A DNA stretch of 64,000 nt from an uncultured Gemmatimonadaceae bacterium (GCA_963761305.1 CAVXGK010000001.1:352001-416000), one strand, 5' to 3'. Positions 43,120-53,868 are shown, counted from the first letter of the stretch. The notes: generated from the letters alone by a model not told the origin. A program made the numbers and translations.

Positions 43120-43375
43120 CGAATCACAACCGAGGCACCGAGAATCACGCGTTAGGCACGACATGTCGCGCCCGCGTTGTGGTCTGGCATCCGCACGTGC
43201 TACCGTGCCCTGCAGAACGCAATCCGGAGTTTCATCGCCCGCCGCCAGTCTGGGTCCACCGGTCCACCGGTCCACAGGTCCACCGGTCTACTGGTCCACT
43301 GTCGTCTTCTGCCTCGCTCTCGCCTTGCACTCCGCACAGCCGCAGCGCGCCGATTCGCTGGGGCCCGAGGTCCGC
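43120..43375 (+). repeat. Diverged, truncated duplicate of 821-1085 (LytTR promoter, 8-mer repeats, amidohydrolase 5' end)
   Basis: Colinear blocks GAATCACAACCGA, GCTACCGTGCCC, AATCCGGAG, (GGTCCACC)n, and QRADSLGPEVR. Confidence 0.88.
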
Positions 43376-43736
43376 ACTGGGATGGTTCCAGTGATACCCA
43401 GGTTATCGCGGCCGGCTCCGCTTCGCTGTGGGCAACACACGGTCTGTTCGCCGCGTCCGTGCGCTACGCCGGCACGTCCCAATTAGAGGCCGGGACATGA
43501 GCGACGGTTCTCTGCTTGTCGGTGTTCACCCGATTCGCGACCCGAACGTCAACGGCGTGATTGCGATCGGAGCGGGGCTGAGCTCCGGACACGACGGTCT
43601 CATTCGGTTGCCGCAGAATCGCGATCTTCTGCTCGTCCGTCCTCGATCTCGGGCTCTATTCGGACGCGTCTGCCGTGACGCGCCGTGAGGAGGCGTGGTT
43701 ATGCAATCATCGTCATCTGAGCGTTGACCGGAAGTC

Positions 43737-45338
43737 ATGATGACCCTGTTGTTCCGTTGGAGACGGCACGTGACGCCATGGTGCAGGCCGGTGGTCGCAT
43801 CTCTCGTCGCCGTCTGTGGAGCGTGCGCACACGAGCCGACGGCGCCCGTGCAACACGCACCGCTGTTCGATACGCTCAGCGTCATACCGAATCCGACGCG
43901 AGATCTTCCGGGAACATGGATGGCGCCGTTTGGGCTTGCCGGGTCTGGCGAGCAGTGGACGCTTGTTCTTTCCGGTGCCGTTGTCTCCGGCACAGGAACT
44001 TGGTCGGGCGAGGCTTGCTGCAGTGGCGCGGTCTCGCTCACGGGGCTCTTGAGTGGCGATTCGGTGCATCTCGACCTGGTCTACACCCAAACGGCGCCGG
44101 ATCGCGGCCTGCCGCCGCGGGCGGTACACATCGACGGCGTGATCGACCGACCGATCGATCTCGCGGGTATAGCACGCGATGCCAGCGGGAGCACAAGTCC
44201 TGTTCGTTACGTGAAGTCGACCGCGGTGTCGCCGGCCGGCGCCGCGCTGCGCCGGCTCGCATGGTGGAACGAGAAGGTTACGCGATCGGTCGGCTTGGCC
44301 GCTGACGGCGCCAACATCTACGCACTGAGCGAGGATCACGTGGTTTCAGCGGTCGGCAAGATTTCCGGAACGGTCCTTTGGCAGACGCGGACCACGCCGG
44401 GCTTCAACTCCACGGTGGGGTCTGGGCTCGCGCTGGTCGGAGGATTGCTCGTTGTGGGCGATGTCGATCTGCTCGCACTGGATCCCAACACCGGCAAGGA
44501 GGTCTGGCGCATCCGAGCCTCGGCGGCCAGCTCACCCGGCTTCCCATTCGTGGTGGACGGCACAACGATCTTTGGCACCACGACGGCCGGGCAAGTCTAC
44601 GCCCTGGACGCCAGAACAAGCGCCACCAAGTGGGTCGCGCATGTCGTGAGCGATTCAGTAACGGTGACTGAGACTGACGTCTTCTCGCCACGAGTCGCTA
44701 ACGGCGTGGTCTACGTCGCCTTCACAAGCATCAACTCGTCGGCGTTTTTCGCTAGCAGTGGGGTCGCGGCGGTAGATGAGAATTCTGGAAAGCTGCTTTG
44801 GTCTACGCGGCTGCCGCGTAGCGGCACCACTAACACGGTGATTTCTTCTATGGCTGTTGCGCCGGCCAGTGTCCTGGCCGTCGCTGATGATTCCCTCCGT
44901 GTACTGGATCGTCAAACGGGTCAGCTTACGGCATCAATAGCGCCTACGGCGTTCTCGTTGACAGGATCGGTCGCGGGGACATTCGCCAACCTTTCCGTGA
45001 TCATGACCTTCGGGAATACCGTCATCGTGGGGATAGAGGGAGCGGCATCGGTCAGCCTCACCGCTCTTGATGCCGCGACGCTGGTTCCGCTCTGGAGAGC
45101 ACCGTTCCAAGATGTTGAAATTGGCTTGCTCGCTTCAGACGTCGGACGGGTCTATGCGATCGCGGCGGACGCGCGCGAGCTGGGCGTCTACGATATCGGC
45201 ACCGGACAACTTGTTTGGCAGCTGGAGGCGTCGGATCTGCGCCCGGCCGATAAGCGTATCGGCGCGGCGCCCGTGTTCGATGATCAATACGTGTATCTGG
45301 GCGGCGACCAAGGCCTCTACGCGTTGAGAAAGAACTAA
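43737..45338 (+). CDS. Lipoprotein with EACC domain and PQQ-like beta-propeller repeats
   Basis: Cys-containing leader; repeats ALDPNTGKEVW, AVDENSGKLLW, YDIGTGQLVW. Confidence 0.82.
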   Translation: MMTLLFRWRRHVTPWCRPVVASLVAVCGACAHEPTAPVQHAPLFDTLSVIPNPTRDLPGTWMAPFGLAGSGEQWTLVLSGAVVSGTGTWSGEACCSGAVSLTGLLSGDSVHLDLVYTQTAPDRGLPPRAVHIDGVIDRPIDLAGIARDASGSTSPVRYVKSTAVSPAGAALRRLAWWNEKVTRSVGLAADGANIYALSEDHVVSAVGKISGTVLWQTRTTPGFNSTVGSGLALVGGLLVVGDVDLLALDPNTGKEVWRIRASAASSPGFPFVVDGTTIFGTTTAGQVYALDARTSATKWVAHVVSDSVTVTETDVFSPRVANGVVYVAFTSINSSAFFASSGVAAVDENSGKLLWSTRLPRSGTTNTVISSMAVAPASVLAVADDSLRVLDRQTGQLTASIAPTAFSLTGSVAGTFANLSVIMTFGNTVIVGIEGAASVSLTALDAATLVPLWRAPFQDVEIGLLASDVGRVYAIAADARELGVYDIGTGQLVWQLEASDLRPADKRIGAAPVFDDQYVYLGGDQGLYALRKN

Positions 45339-45430
45339 GGGGTCGCCGCTGCGACTCCGCCTTCGGGAGCTCGTCGTCGCGCGGCCGAGGTTCGGCTAAA
45401 TTCCCCAGACCGCCTCTGGGTTGCAGAACG

Positions 45431-47842
45431 ATGTTGCGAGATTGTCGCTTCGCATACCGATCCCTTGTCCGTCGGCCCGCGTTCACGCTCGTTGTCACGG
45501 GCCTCTTGGCCCTCGGCATTGGACTGACCACAGCCGCATTCGGCGTGGTCGACGGCCTCCTCCTACAGCCGCCGCCCTACGACCACCCCGAGCGCATCGT
45601 CGTGCTCTCCGCAGCAGACCCTGCCCGCGGCCTCGCGGATGCGGCGCTGTCATACCCCTCCGCACTCGACTTGCGCGCGAGCCGTTCACTCGAGGCGGTC
45701 TCGGTGGTGCGAGTGCAGCGCGCGCTGGTGACCGACGGACCGCCAACGAGCCGCTCCACCGGTGCGCGCGTTGCGCCCGAATTCTTCCGGGTGCTCGGGG
45801 TCAAGCCACTCCTCGGACGCTCGCTCCTCCCAGGCGAAGACGCGCCGAGCGCTGAACGGTCGATCGTGCTCTCGGAGCACGCGTGGCAGGACTGGTACGC
45901 AGGCCAGCCGTCCGCCGTCGGACGAACGCTCGCGCTCGACGGAACACGCTACACGGTCGTAGGGGTCATGCCGCGGTGGTTCGACTATCCGACTGGCGCC
46001 GAATTCTGGATCCCGTTTGTCCCGGGATCTGCCGGCGCCGATCGCACCAGCCACTTCGTCTCGGCGATCGGTCGCCTCGTCCCGCACACATCGGTCGAGG
46101 AAACGCGGGCCGAGCTCCACGCGATCGCGGATCGGCTGGCGCAGGCGTATCCCGCGTCTGACGCCGGGTGGCAATTGCGCGCCACGCCCATTCACGAGTT
46201 CCTCGTGGGAGACACTCGCTCGCGCATCGCGCTGGGTGGAGCGGCCGCCCTCGTGGTGCTCCTCATTGCCTGCGCGAACGTGGCGAGCTTGCTGCTCGCT
46301 CGCGGCGCATCCCGACAGACCGAGACCGCTGTGCGCCGCGCGCTCGGTGCCTCGAATGGCCAGCTCATTCGGCAAGTGCTCGTCGAGAGTCTCCTGATCG
46401 CCTTGGCTGGAGCGGTTGTCGGGGCAGTCGGTGCTCAAGGAGTGGCTGGCCTGCTGCGGCGCGCGATGCCCGGACCCATTCCGGCGTGGGTGTCATTCTC
46501 GGTCGACTTGAAGACGCTCAGCTTCGTCGCGGCCGCGGCCATATTGTCGACCATCGTGGCGGGCATCGCGCCAGCGCTGAGTATCGTGCGCGCTCCGACG
46601 CCGGCTCACTTCGGTGCCCGCGCTACAATTTCGACGCATCAGCGCCGGACTCGGCGAGGCATCGTGGTCGCGCAGATCGCGCTCGCCACCATGCTGCTCG
46701 CGGGTGCGGGATTGCTGAGCGAGAGTCTCTTCCGGCTCCGCGGGGTCCAACCGGGATTCGACCCGAAGGGAGTCGTCACGGCCCGCGTCACGCTCATTGA
46801 CCCGCGATACACGAAGCCCGCCGCGAGGGAGCGTTTCTACGAGGATGCGTTGGCGCGCCTCCGCACACTACCCGGCGTTGAAGCTGTAGGAGCGGTCGAT
46901 GACCTTCCCCTCGCAAGCGGCGCGAACCGGTTTGCGTTCACGCTCGACGGGGAGCCACGGCCGGCAAAGGGCAGCGAGCCAATCGCGAGAGACGCGTTGA
47001 TCACACCAGGCTATTTCACGGCGCTCCGCATCCCTGTGCGTCGTGGGCGCGACATCGACGCCACCGATGATGCCACGCATCCACGAGTGGCGCTCGTGAG
47101 CGCATCGTGGGTGAGGCAGTTCGTCAAGGGTCGCGACCCCATCGGGCAGCGACTCCGCACGCTCGACGGCACTGTCGCAACGACGATCGTTGGCGTGGTT
47201 GACGACGTACGACACGACGGGCTCGAGACGCCAGGCGAACCGACCGTCTATATGCCGCTGGCTCAGAGTCCCGCGGCGGAGATGACCTTGGTGGTCCGCA
47301 CCGCGTGCGACGCACGGGGTCGTGACGCATGCAACGACGCTGCACCGCTCGCACCCGAGATCCGTCGCATCGTGACAGAGACTGATCCCAGTGTCTCGGC
47401 GTACTCAGTGGAGGCAATGTCGGATGTGGTGAGCCAGTCGCTCTCAGGCCGGCGCGTCGGTGCCACCCTTAGCCTGGTATTAGCGCTCCTGGCGTTGCTC
47501 CTCGCCAGCGCCGGTATCTACGGGCTCATGGTCTTGCACCTGGCACTCGGGCGGCGCGACGTAGGCATCCGGCTCGCTCTTGGCGCGCAACCGCGGGAGG
47601 TGCGGCGACGGCTTCTCGGTGAGGCGCTTCGGCTTGCGGCCATTGGCGCGACCGTGGGACTCGCAATCACCGCGCTTGGCGGACGGGCGATGGCGAGCGT
47701 GTTGTACGGCGTGACGCAGACCCATCCGCAGACGCTGTTGATGGCGGGGCTGGTCATGGTCTGCGTCGGTGTGCTGGCGAGCTGGGGTCCGGCGGATCGC
47801 GCTGCGCGCATTTCGCCGGCGAGTGCTTTACGATCGGAGTGA
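45431..47842 (+). CDS. ADOP-like duplicated ABC permease
   Basis: DCRFAYRSL..RPAF; LLIACANVASLLLAR; GIRLALGA. Confidence 0.92.
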   Translation: MLRDCRFAYRSLVRRPAFTLVVTGLLALGIGLTTAAFGVVDGLLLQPPPYDHPERIVVLSAADPARGLADAALSYPSALDLRASRSLEAVSVVRVQRALVTDGPPTSRSTGARVAPEFFRVLGVKPLLGRSLLPGEDAPSAERSIVLSEHAWQDWYAGQPSAVGRTLALDGTRYTVVGVMPRWFDYPTGAEFWIPFVPGSAGADRTSHFVSAIGRLVPHTSVEETRAELHAIADRLAQAYPASDAGWQLRATPIHEFLVGDTRSRIALGGAAALVVLLIACANVASLLLARGASRQTETAVRRALGASNGQLIRQVLVESLLIALAGAVVGAVGAQGVAGLLRRAMPGPIPAWVSFSVDLKTLSFVAAAAILSTIVAGIAPALSIVRAPTPAHFGARATISTHQRRTRRGIVVAQIALATMLLAGAGLLSESLFRLRGVQPGFDPKGVVTARVTLIDPRYTKPAARERFYEDALARLRTLPGVEAVGAVDDLPLASGANRFAFTLDGEPRPAKGSEPIARDALITPGYFTALRIPVRRGRDIDATDDATHPRVALVSASWVRQFVKGRDPIGQRLRTLDGTVATTIVGVVDDVRHDGLETPGEPTVYMPLAQSPAAEMTLVVRTACDARGRDACNDAAPLAPEIRRIVTETDPSVSAYSVEAMSDVVSQSLSGRRVGATLSLVLALLALLLASAGIYGLMVLHLALGRRDVGIRLALGAQPREVRRRLLGEALRLAAIGATVGLAITALGGRAMASVLYGVTQTHPQTLLMAGLVMVCVGVLASWGPADRAARISPASALRSE

Positions 47843-48025
47843 ACGCGGCACACCGGCTGCGCTCGACTCGCGTCGGTTGGCGATGCGCACGCCGAAGCCG
47901 CCGACTAGAGGTGGCGCTGAGGTGGCGATGATGACATATAGACATCTCACGTGTTAGATCTGTGCCGTGCGGGCATTACGTCAACGGATCGTTGGCCCGC
48001 TCCAGCCACGATAAGATCGACACCG

Positions 48026-48845
48026 ATGCGCGGCCCTGCACTCCTCAGTCTCGCGGCAGCGTCGGCGATCGCCGCCGCGCGGCCGGCGCTGGTCCAACCT
48101 CAATCTCCGCGGCCTGCGGGAAGCGCTCGAGCGAATCGATGTCAGCGCCGCGGCTGCCAGGGCGATGGCCTACCTGCCAGCGGGAACACGACTTCGCGCC
48201 GTTCTCTATCTCGAGATCAAGCCAATCACGAACAGTTTTGTGTTCACCGGTCGCGACTCGGTCCCCTCGATTTTCCTTTACGTGAACACTGAGGACACCC
48301 CCGCCCAGCTCGAGAACACAATGGCGCACGAGCTGCACCACATCGGCTTGAACGCGGCCTGTCCCGACATACCGCACCCACATGCGACGGCCGCGCAGGG
48401 AATGCTCATGCGGTTTCTCGGAGCGTACGGCGAGGGACAAGCGATGCTCGCCGCGGCCGGCGGACCTGACGTCCACCCGCACGCCACCGATGCCGATTCC
48501 ATCAAGCGCCGCTGGGACGCCGATGTCTCGCGCGCTCCGACCGATGTCGAAGTGCAGTCGGCCTTCTTCGCGAGCGTCCTCGACGGCCGCATCGCGAACG
48601 CCGACTCTGTGCGCGAGATTGCCTCATCGTACTTCGGCGTGCAGGGCCCTTGGTACACGGTCGGTTGGCTGATGGCATCGACGATCGAGCGCGAACTGGG
48701 CCGCCCAGTGCTCATCGCGACGCTGTGCAATCCCGTCGATTTCCTGGCGACTTACAATGAAGCAGCGCGCCGCGCCAACAACCGCGGCCTGGCATTGCCG
48801 CTCTGGGACTCGACGTTGCTCTCGCGCCTCAAACAGATGCAGTAG
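48026..48845 (+). pseudogene. Zn-dependent protease-like protein (HELHH); signal peptide out of frame, probable internal deletion
   Basis: Signal MRGPALLSLAAA at 48026; catalytic part 48165..48845 with AHELHH, EG, QGPWYTVG. Confidence 0.65.
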
Positions 48846-48913
48846 TCGGCTTCTCGCAGCACAATTCGCGCGGGCCGACGCGAAGACACTCGGTGATTGG
48901 TCGAGATCGCGCT

Positions 48914-48986
48914 CCCATCGCCTATCGATGGGGGTTGCGGAACGGATTGTCGGATGATAGTGTCTTACCCGTCGACTATCGATGGG
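48914..48986. promoter_or_regulatory. Two palindromic putative PadR operators
   Basis: CCCATCGCCTATCGATGGG (48914) and CCCGTCGACTATCGATGGG (48968). Confidence 0.7.
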
Positions 48987-49329
48987 AGACACTGTGCCAC
49001 CCAAAGAGGCAGCGGAACTCCTGCCCGGCACGCTCGACGTGCTGGTCCTCCGCACGCTCGTCCGCGGACCGAGGCACGGCTACGGCATCGCCGAGCGGCT
49101 CAAGGAGCTGTCGAACGACGTGCTGCAGGTCGGGGAGAGCTCCCTCTACCCCGCTCTTCAGCGCCTCCTGCTCGACGGATATGTCGCCGCCGAGTGGGGG
49201 ACATCGGAGAACAATCGCCGGGCCCGGTATTACACGCTCACGCCTGCCGGCCGAAAGCACCTCGCCGCCGAGCGCAAGGAGTTCGAGCGCGTCGTCACCG
49301 CCATCCAGGCCGTCCTCAAATTTGCGTGA
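48982..49329 (+). CDS. PadR-family regulator
   Basis: LLPGTLDVLVL, HGYGI, SLYPALQRL, NNRRARYYTLT. Confidence 0.93.
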   Translation: MGDTVPPKEAAELLPGTLDVLVLRTLVRGPRHGYGIAERLKELSNDVLQVGESSLYPALQRLLLDGYVAAEWGTSENNRRARYYTLTPAGRKHLAAERKEFERVVTAIQAVLKFA

Positions 49330-49341
49330 GGTGCCATCGCG

Positions 49342-52020
49342 ATGCGCTTGCTGAGACGAATCGCTTACCTGTTCCGCCGGGCCGACAACGCCCGCGACGT
49401 GGCCGACGAGATGGCATTCCACCGTTCGATGATCGAGGACCGGCTGGTGCAGCGCGGCATGTCGGCGACGGATGCGCGCGACGCCGCGCGGCGGGCGATG
49501 GGCAACGAGACATACATGCGCGAGGAGTCACATCACGCCTGGCTGTCGCCGGCGTTCGAGGCCGTGCGGCAGGATGCGGCGCACGCGCTGCGCGGGCTCC
49601 GCCGCACGCCCACCTTCGCCATCGGCGTGACGCTCACGCTCGGCCTCGGCATCGGCGCGAATGCGGCGATGTTCTCGCTGGTCGACCGTCTGCTCTTTCG
49701 GCCGCCGGCGCGCATGATCGACCCATCGTCCGTGCATCGCGTGTACACGTATCGAACATCGCGCGGCGTGGAGGAAGAGCGGGGCGGGCAGTATGCGCGA
49801 TACAAGGATCTCGCGACCTACTCGACGCAGCTCTCCCAGGTCGCCGCCTTCTCGCGCAAGTCACTCGCCATCGGAGTCGGACAAGACACGCGGGTCGACC
49901 CGGTCGGCGTGGTGAGCGCAAACTTTTTCGGGTTCTTCGACGCGCCGCCCGCGGTCGGCCGCTACTTCACGCCGAGCGAAGACTCGCCGGAGCAGCGCGC
50001 GCCGGTGGCGGTGCTGTCCTACGAAGCATGGAAGAATGAATTCGGCGGGCGCACGAACGTCGTCGGGCTCGTCGTCCAGATCGATGCGGCAACGTATACG
50101 ATCATTGGCGTGACGCCCCGGAATTTCGTCGGTCTGTGGACGTTTCTTCCGCCGGTGGCGTACATCCCCGTGTCGACGTATGCCTCGACCGTGGTGCGGA
50201 AGAACTGGGCGACGACTTACTCGACGTTGATCGGATTGAACACGATCGTGCGGAGAAAGCCGGGCGTCAGCGTCGACGCCGCGACCGCGGATCTCACGAA
50301 TGCGCTCCGCCGCAGCTATCAGAAGCAGATCGATCAGGATCCGCGCGATGGGCCATTGAGCGAGCTGCGTCCGCGCGCGCTCGCCGCCTCGGTGCTGGTC
50401 GAGCGCGGACCGGACGCGTCGAACACCACACCGGCGGCGAAATGGCTGAGCGGGGTGACGCTCATCGTGCTGTTGATCGCCTGCGCGAACGTCGTGAATC
50501 TCGTGCTCGCTCGCGCGGTGGGCCGCAAGCGCGAGACCGCGGTACGGGTCGCACTGGGCGCGAGTCGACGCCGGCTCCTGGGCCAACTTCTCACCGAGGG
50601 CATGGTGCTCGCCGCACTCGGTGGGACGGCGGGAATCATCATCGCGATCTGGGCGAGCGGTGTATTGAGCGCGACGTTCCTTCCGAGCTCGGCGCCGCAA
50701 TCGATTCTCGGCGATTGGAGAACGCTGAGCTTCGCCGGCGTCATCACGATCGTTGCGGGCGTGGTGGCTGGACTGGCGCCGCTCGCACAGATCCGGCGCG
50801 GCGATCTCACCGGCGATCTCAAATCCGGCGCGCGCGAGGGAGGACACCGTAGCAATACGTTGAGGATCTCGCTGCTGATGCTCCAGAGCGCGCTCTCCGT
50901 CGTGCTGCTCGTCGGAGCTGGGCTCTTCGTCGAGAGTTTGCGCAGCGTGCGTAACGTGCACATCGGGTTCGACGCGGATTCGGTCCTGCAGGTGAACCTC
51001 AAGATGCGCGACGTTCGGCTGGACAGCGCGACGAAGGCCACGTTGCGGCTGCGACTTCTCGACGCCGTCGCCACCGTACCCGGCGTGACGCACGCGACGC
51101 TCCAGGAATCGACGCCCTTCGATGGCGAATCATCCTTCCCCGTTTTCGTGGCCGGCATCGATTCCACGGAGGTACTGGGCCAGTTCGACCTCAACGCCGT
51201 CTCGGCGGACTACTTCGCGACGATGGGCACGCGCATTCTGCGCGGGCGGGGGATCAACAGCACCGACACCGACCGGGCGCCGCGCGTCGCCGTGGTGGGG
51301 CAGTCCATGGCGAACGTGCTGTGGCCTGGGCAGGACCCGATCGGCAAATGCATGCGCGTCGGGTTGGCAGACACGGTGCCGTGCACCTACGTCGTCGGCG
51401 TGGCCGAGGACATTCACTCGCAGTCGATCGGGCCCGAGCCCAGGCTTTACTACTACTACATCTCGGCGGCCCAGGCGTGGCCGCAGGACGGCGGCCTGTT
51501 CGTGCGTGGCCGCAACGCGACGCAACTGATCGAACCGCTGCGAAAGCGTCTCCAACAGGAGATGCCGGGTCGGTCCTATGTCACCGTTGGACGGCTTGGC
51601 GACTTCGTGGACGCGCAGCTGCGATCGTGGATCGTGGGCGCCACGGTGTTCACGACCTTCGGCGTGCTCGCACTGATCCTGGCGGCGGTGGGACTCTACA
51701 GCGTCGTCGCCTACAGCGTCACGCAGCGCAAGCACGAATTGGGTGTGCGTCTCGCGCTCGGTGCGGGTCAGTCGCGCCTGGTTGGCCTTGTCCTGATGGA
51801 AGGCCTCCGGATCGCCGCGGCCGGTGTCGCGATCGGAAGCGTGATCGCGCTCGCCGCCGGACGATGGATCGGACCACTGCTCTTCGATCACGGGCCCAAG
51901 GATCCCCGCGTCTTCGGCGTGGTGATAACAACGATGCTGGTCGTGGCGGCGGCGGCAAGTCTGATTCCAGCGGCTCGCGCGGCGCGGCTCGACCCGAAGA
52001 CCGCACTACAATCGGACTAG
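49342..52020 (+). CDS. ADOP-like duplicated ABC permease
   Basis: DEMAFH..ARRAMGN; LLIACANVVNL; HELGVRLALGA. Confidence 0.93.
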   Translation: MRLLRRIAYLFRRADNARDVADEMAFHRSMIEDRLVQRGMSATDARDAARRAMGNETYMREESHHAWLSPAFEAVRQDAAHALRGLRRTPTFAIGVTLTLGLGIGANAAMFSLVDRLLFRPPARMIDPSSVHRVYTYRTSRGVEEERGGQYARYKDLATYSTQLSQVAAFSRKSLAIGVGQDTRVDPVGVVSANFFGFFDAPPAVGRYFTPSEDSPEQRAPVAVLSYEAWKNEFGGRTNVVGLVVQIDAATYTIIGVTPRNFVGLWTFLPPVAYIPVSTYASTVVRKNWATTYSTLIGLNTIVRRKPGVSVDAATADLTNALRRSYQKQIDQDPRDGPLSELRPRALAASVLVERGPDASNTTPAAKWLSGVTLIVLLIACANVVNLVLARAVGRKRETAVRVALGASRRRLLGQLLTEGMVLAALGGTAGIIIAIWASGVLSATFLPSSAPQSILGDWRTLSFAGVITIVAGVVAGLAPLAQIRRGDLTGDLKSGAREGGHRSNTLRISLLMLQSALSVVLLVGAGLFVESLRSVRNVHIGFDADSVLQVNLKMRDVRLDSATKATLRLRLLDAVATVPGVTHATLQESTPFDGESSFPVFVAGIDSTEVLGQFDLNAVSADYFATMGTRILRGRGINSTDTDRAPRVAVVGQSMANVLWPGQDPIGKCMRVGLADTVPCTYVVGVAEDIHSQSIGPEPRLYYYYISAAQAWPQDGGLFVRGRNATQLIEPLRKRLQQEMPGRSYVTVGRLGDFVDAQLRSWIVGATVFTTFGVLALILAAVGLYSVVAYSVTQRKHELGVRLALGAGQSRLVGLVLMEGLRIAAAGVAIGSVIALAAGRWIGPLLFDHGPKDPRVFGVVITTMLVVAAAASLIPAARAARLDPKTALQSD

Positions 52021-52063
52021 TGTGACCAGCCTCGAACCGTGAGTTCGCATCGTTGCCTATCGC

Positions 52064-52114
52064 TATCTACGCCCGAGTGCAGCTGCGAACGAGTCAAATA
52101 GAAGGGCGTGCGCG
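52064..52114 (-). other. attC remnant (half site)
   Basis: GCTGCGAACGA...GCGTGCGC, resembling the attC at 53894-53991. Confidence 0.5.
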
Positions 52115-52124
52115 TCTCAATCCG

Positions 52125-52694
52125 TCAGGCCAGCTCTGGCGGTACCGGATGTTCCGGCTGGTTGATGGCCCTGATTGCCGCGAGCTCTTCACCCGTGAGT
52201 CCGATCTGCCCGAGGATGCCAAGAATGAATTCGGTCTTGCCCGCGATGTAGCTGTCGATGTCCTCGGGGAATCGTTTGGCCAGCTTCTCCTTCAAGTCGC
52301 CGTACTCATGGGCGGCTTCGGGATGGGCTCGGAGATAGTCGCGCAGACCGATTTGGTTCTTCAAGTTGAGACTGCCCCGATGGCTTGCGTAGAGATTGTG
52401 CCTCGGGCAGCCTGCCGATTCTTTGAACGCCTCGCGGCCCGGCACGCCAAGATCGCCGCGGTGGACGTACCCGACGTTTGCCAGGCCCTTCACGACGTGC
52501 GGAATGTCGCGCCGGGAGGCAACCACAATGCAAGCGTCGATGATAGGCTTGGCGCGGAGCCCGGGCACGGACGTGCTGCCGACGTGCTCGATGCTCATTG
52601 CCGCGTGTTGGACGGCTGGCCACACCTGTGCGCGGATGCGCTCAAACGTGCGCGGCCATTCGGGATCATATGCGTTTACTACTACCAGGGACAT
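52125..52694 (-). CDS. GrpB-family protein
   Basis: YDPEWP, IEHVGSTSVPGLRAKPIID, RDYLRAHP, K..F. Confidence 0.9.
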   Translation of the reverse strand: MSLVVVNAYDPEWPRTFERIRAQVWPAVQHAAMSIEHVGSTSVPGLRAKPIIDACIVVASRRDIPHVVKGLANVGYVHRGDLGVPGREAFKESAGCPRHNLYASHRGSLNLKNQIGLRDYLRAHPEAAHEYGDLKEKLAKRFPEDIDSYIAGKTEFILGILGQIGLTGEELAAIRAINQPEHPVPPELA

Positions 52695-52724
52695 TTGGCT
52701 CAGGTTTTTGGAGTCCGCCTGGGA

Positions 52725-53516
52725 CTACCGGATCCATGTCCCGAGGCGGCGCCATCGAATTGCGGTGACAGCCCGAACGTAGTCGAGGCCCGACTCCGGA
52801 TCGTAAGAGTAGTAGACGAACATCGGCGTTCCACGCAGGTTGGCGCGCGGCACGGGCCCGTAGTACCGACTATCGACAGAGTTATCCCGGTTGTCGCCCA
52901 TCATGAAATATGAACCATCGGGCACGATGAGCGGCCCCCATTCGTGCAAGCTCGGCGCGGCGACGGGAGGACCGAATCGTGAGTCATTGACCTCAATCCC
53001 GTGTTGCCACGCGAAGATGGGTTGTGGTTGCTCCGCAATCGAGTCTGGCAGAACAAACGAGTTGGGTGAGCCGACCGAGACCCCATTCACGAGCAGCTGT
53101 CCATGTCGCATGAGGAGCGTATCGCCGGCGATGCCAACGATGCGCTTCACGAGGGTCGGCGTAATCTCATCCGGAGAGATTCGGATCGAGAAATCCTGGG
53201 GCGGCGAGATGAATACCGCGACCTCTCCACGTTTCGGTGTAGCGTAGCCGGGCAGAGATGCGTGGGTGAACGGAATATGCGGTCCGTACCGAAGCTTGTT
53301 GACGAAGAGCCAGTCTCCGACGAGCAGCGTCGGCTCCATACTGCCGCTTGGAATCCGGAAGGCCTCCGCCAGCAGTTGACGCGTACCAAGAAAGATCGCG
53401 ATCACGGGCAGGAGAGCGATGATCTGCGCACGGACGCGCGCAGCGGCCGACGGCCGCGGCTTTTGTGCGGGGCGGCCGCGAGCTGGGGCAGCCTTCTTCT
53501 GGCGAGCTTTACCCAT
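52725..53516 (-). CDS. lepB: Signal peptidase I
   Basis: IPSGSMEPTL, LVKRIVG, MGDNRDNSVDSRY. Confidence 0.92.
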   Translation of the reverse strand: MGKARQKKAAPARGRPAQKPRPSAAARVRAQIIALLPVIAIFLGTRQLLAEAFRIPSGSMEPTLLVGDWLFVNKLRYGPHIPFTHASLPGYATPKRGEVAVFISPPQDFSIRISPDEITPTLVKRIVGIAGDTLLMRHGQLLVNGVSVGSPNSFVLPDSIAEQPQPIFAWQHGIEVNDSRFGPPVAAPSLHEWGPLIVPDGSYFMMGDNRDNSVDSRYYGPVPRANLRGTPMFVYYSYDPESGLDYVRAVTAIRWRRLGTWIR

Positions 53517-53586
53517 CGTGATGCCTCCGAGCGAGTATCGAGTCGGACGTGCAAGTCGTACGCGAGAAGGTGATGTGCGAATAACG

Positions 53587-53868
53587 TTAGGGGGTCCGAT
53601 TGTGAAGGACGGCGAGCACAAGCCCGATGACGGTCGCAATACCGGCTCCGATGTACACGACGCGGACCGGTAATCGCCATCGAGTGCCGGTCACCAGGTT
53701 GCGCGCGGCGCTCGCGGCGATCATGAGGAAGAGGGTCCAGACGAACCAATCCACACGGTGGCCGCGTAGCGCCTGCACGAGAAGGACTGTGGAGAGGCAA
53801 GCCGCGGCGCCGATCTGAAAGATCGCAGATCCGCGGCTTGGACGCGTTTGGAGTTCAGGCGTAGTCAT
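53587..53868 (-). CDS. Cassette membrane protein (3 TM)
   Basis: Hydrophobic ORF directly after an attC; its stop lies within a CCCTAAC core-like motif. Confidence 0.65.
   Translation of the reverse strand: MTTPELQTRPSRGSAIFQIGAAACLSTVLLVQALRGHRVDWFVWTLFLMIAASAARNLVTGTRWRLPVRVVYIGAGIATVIGLVLAVLHNRTP

Noticed and set aside
39874..43275. 1133-aa permease as a genuine novel long protein
   Set aside because: The 5' ~250 codons read through a promoter duplicate and an unrelated ORF; permease similarity begins near 42530.
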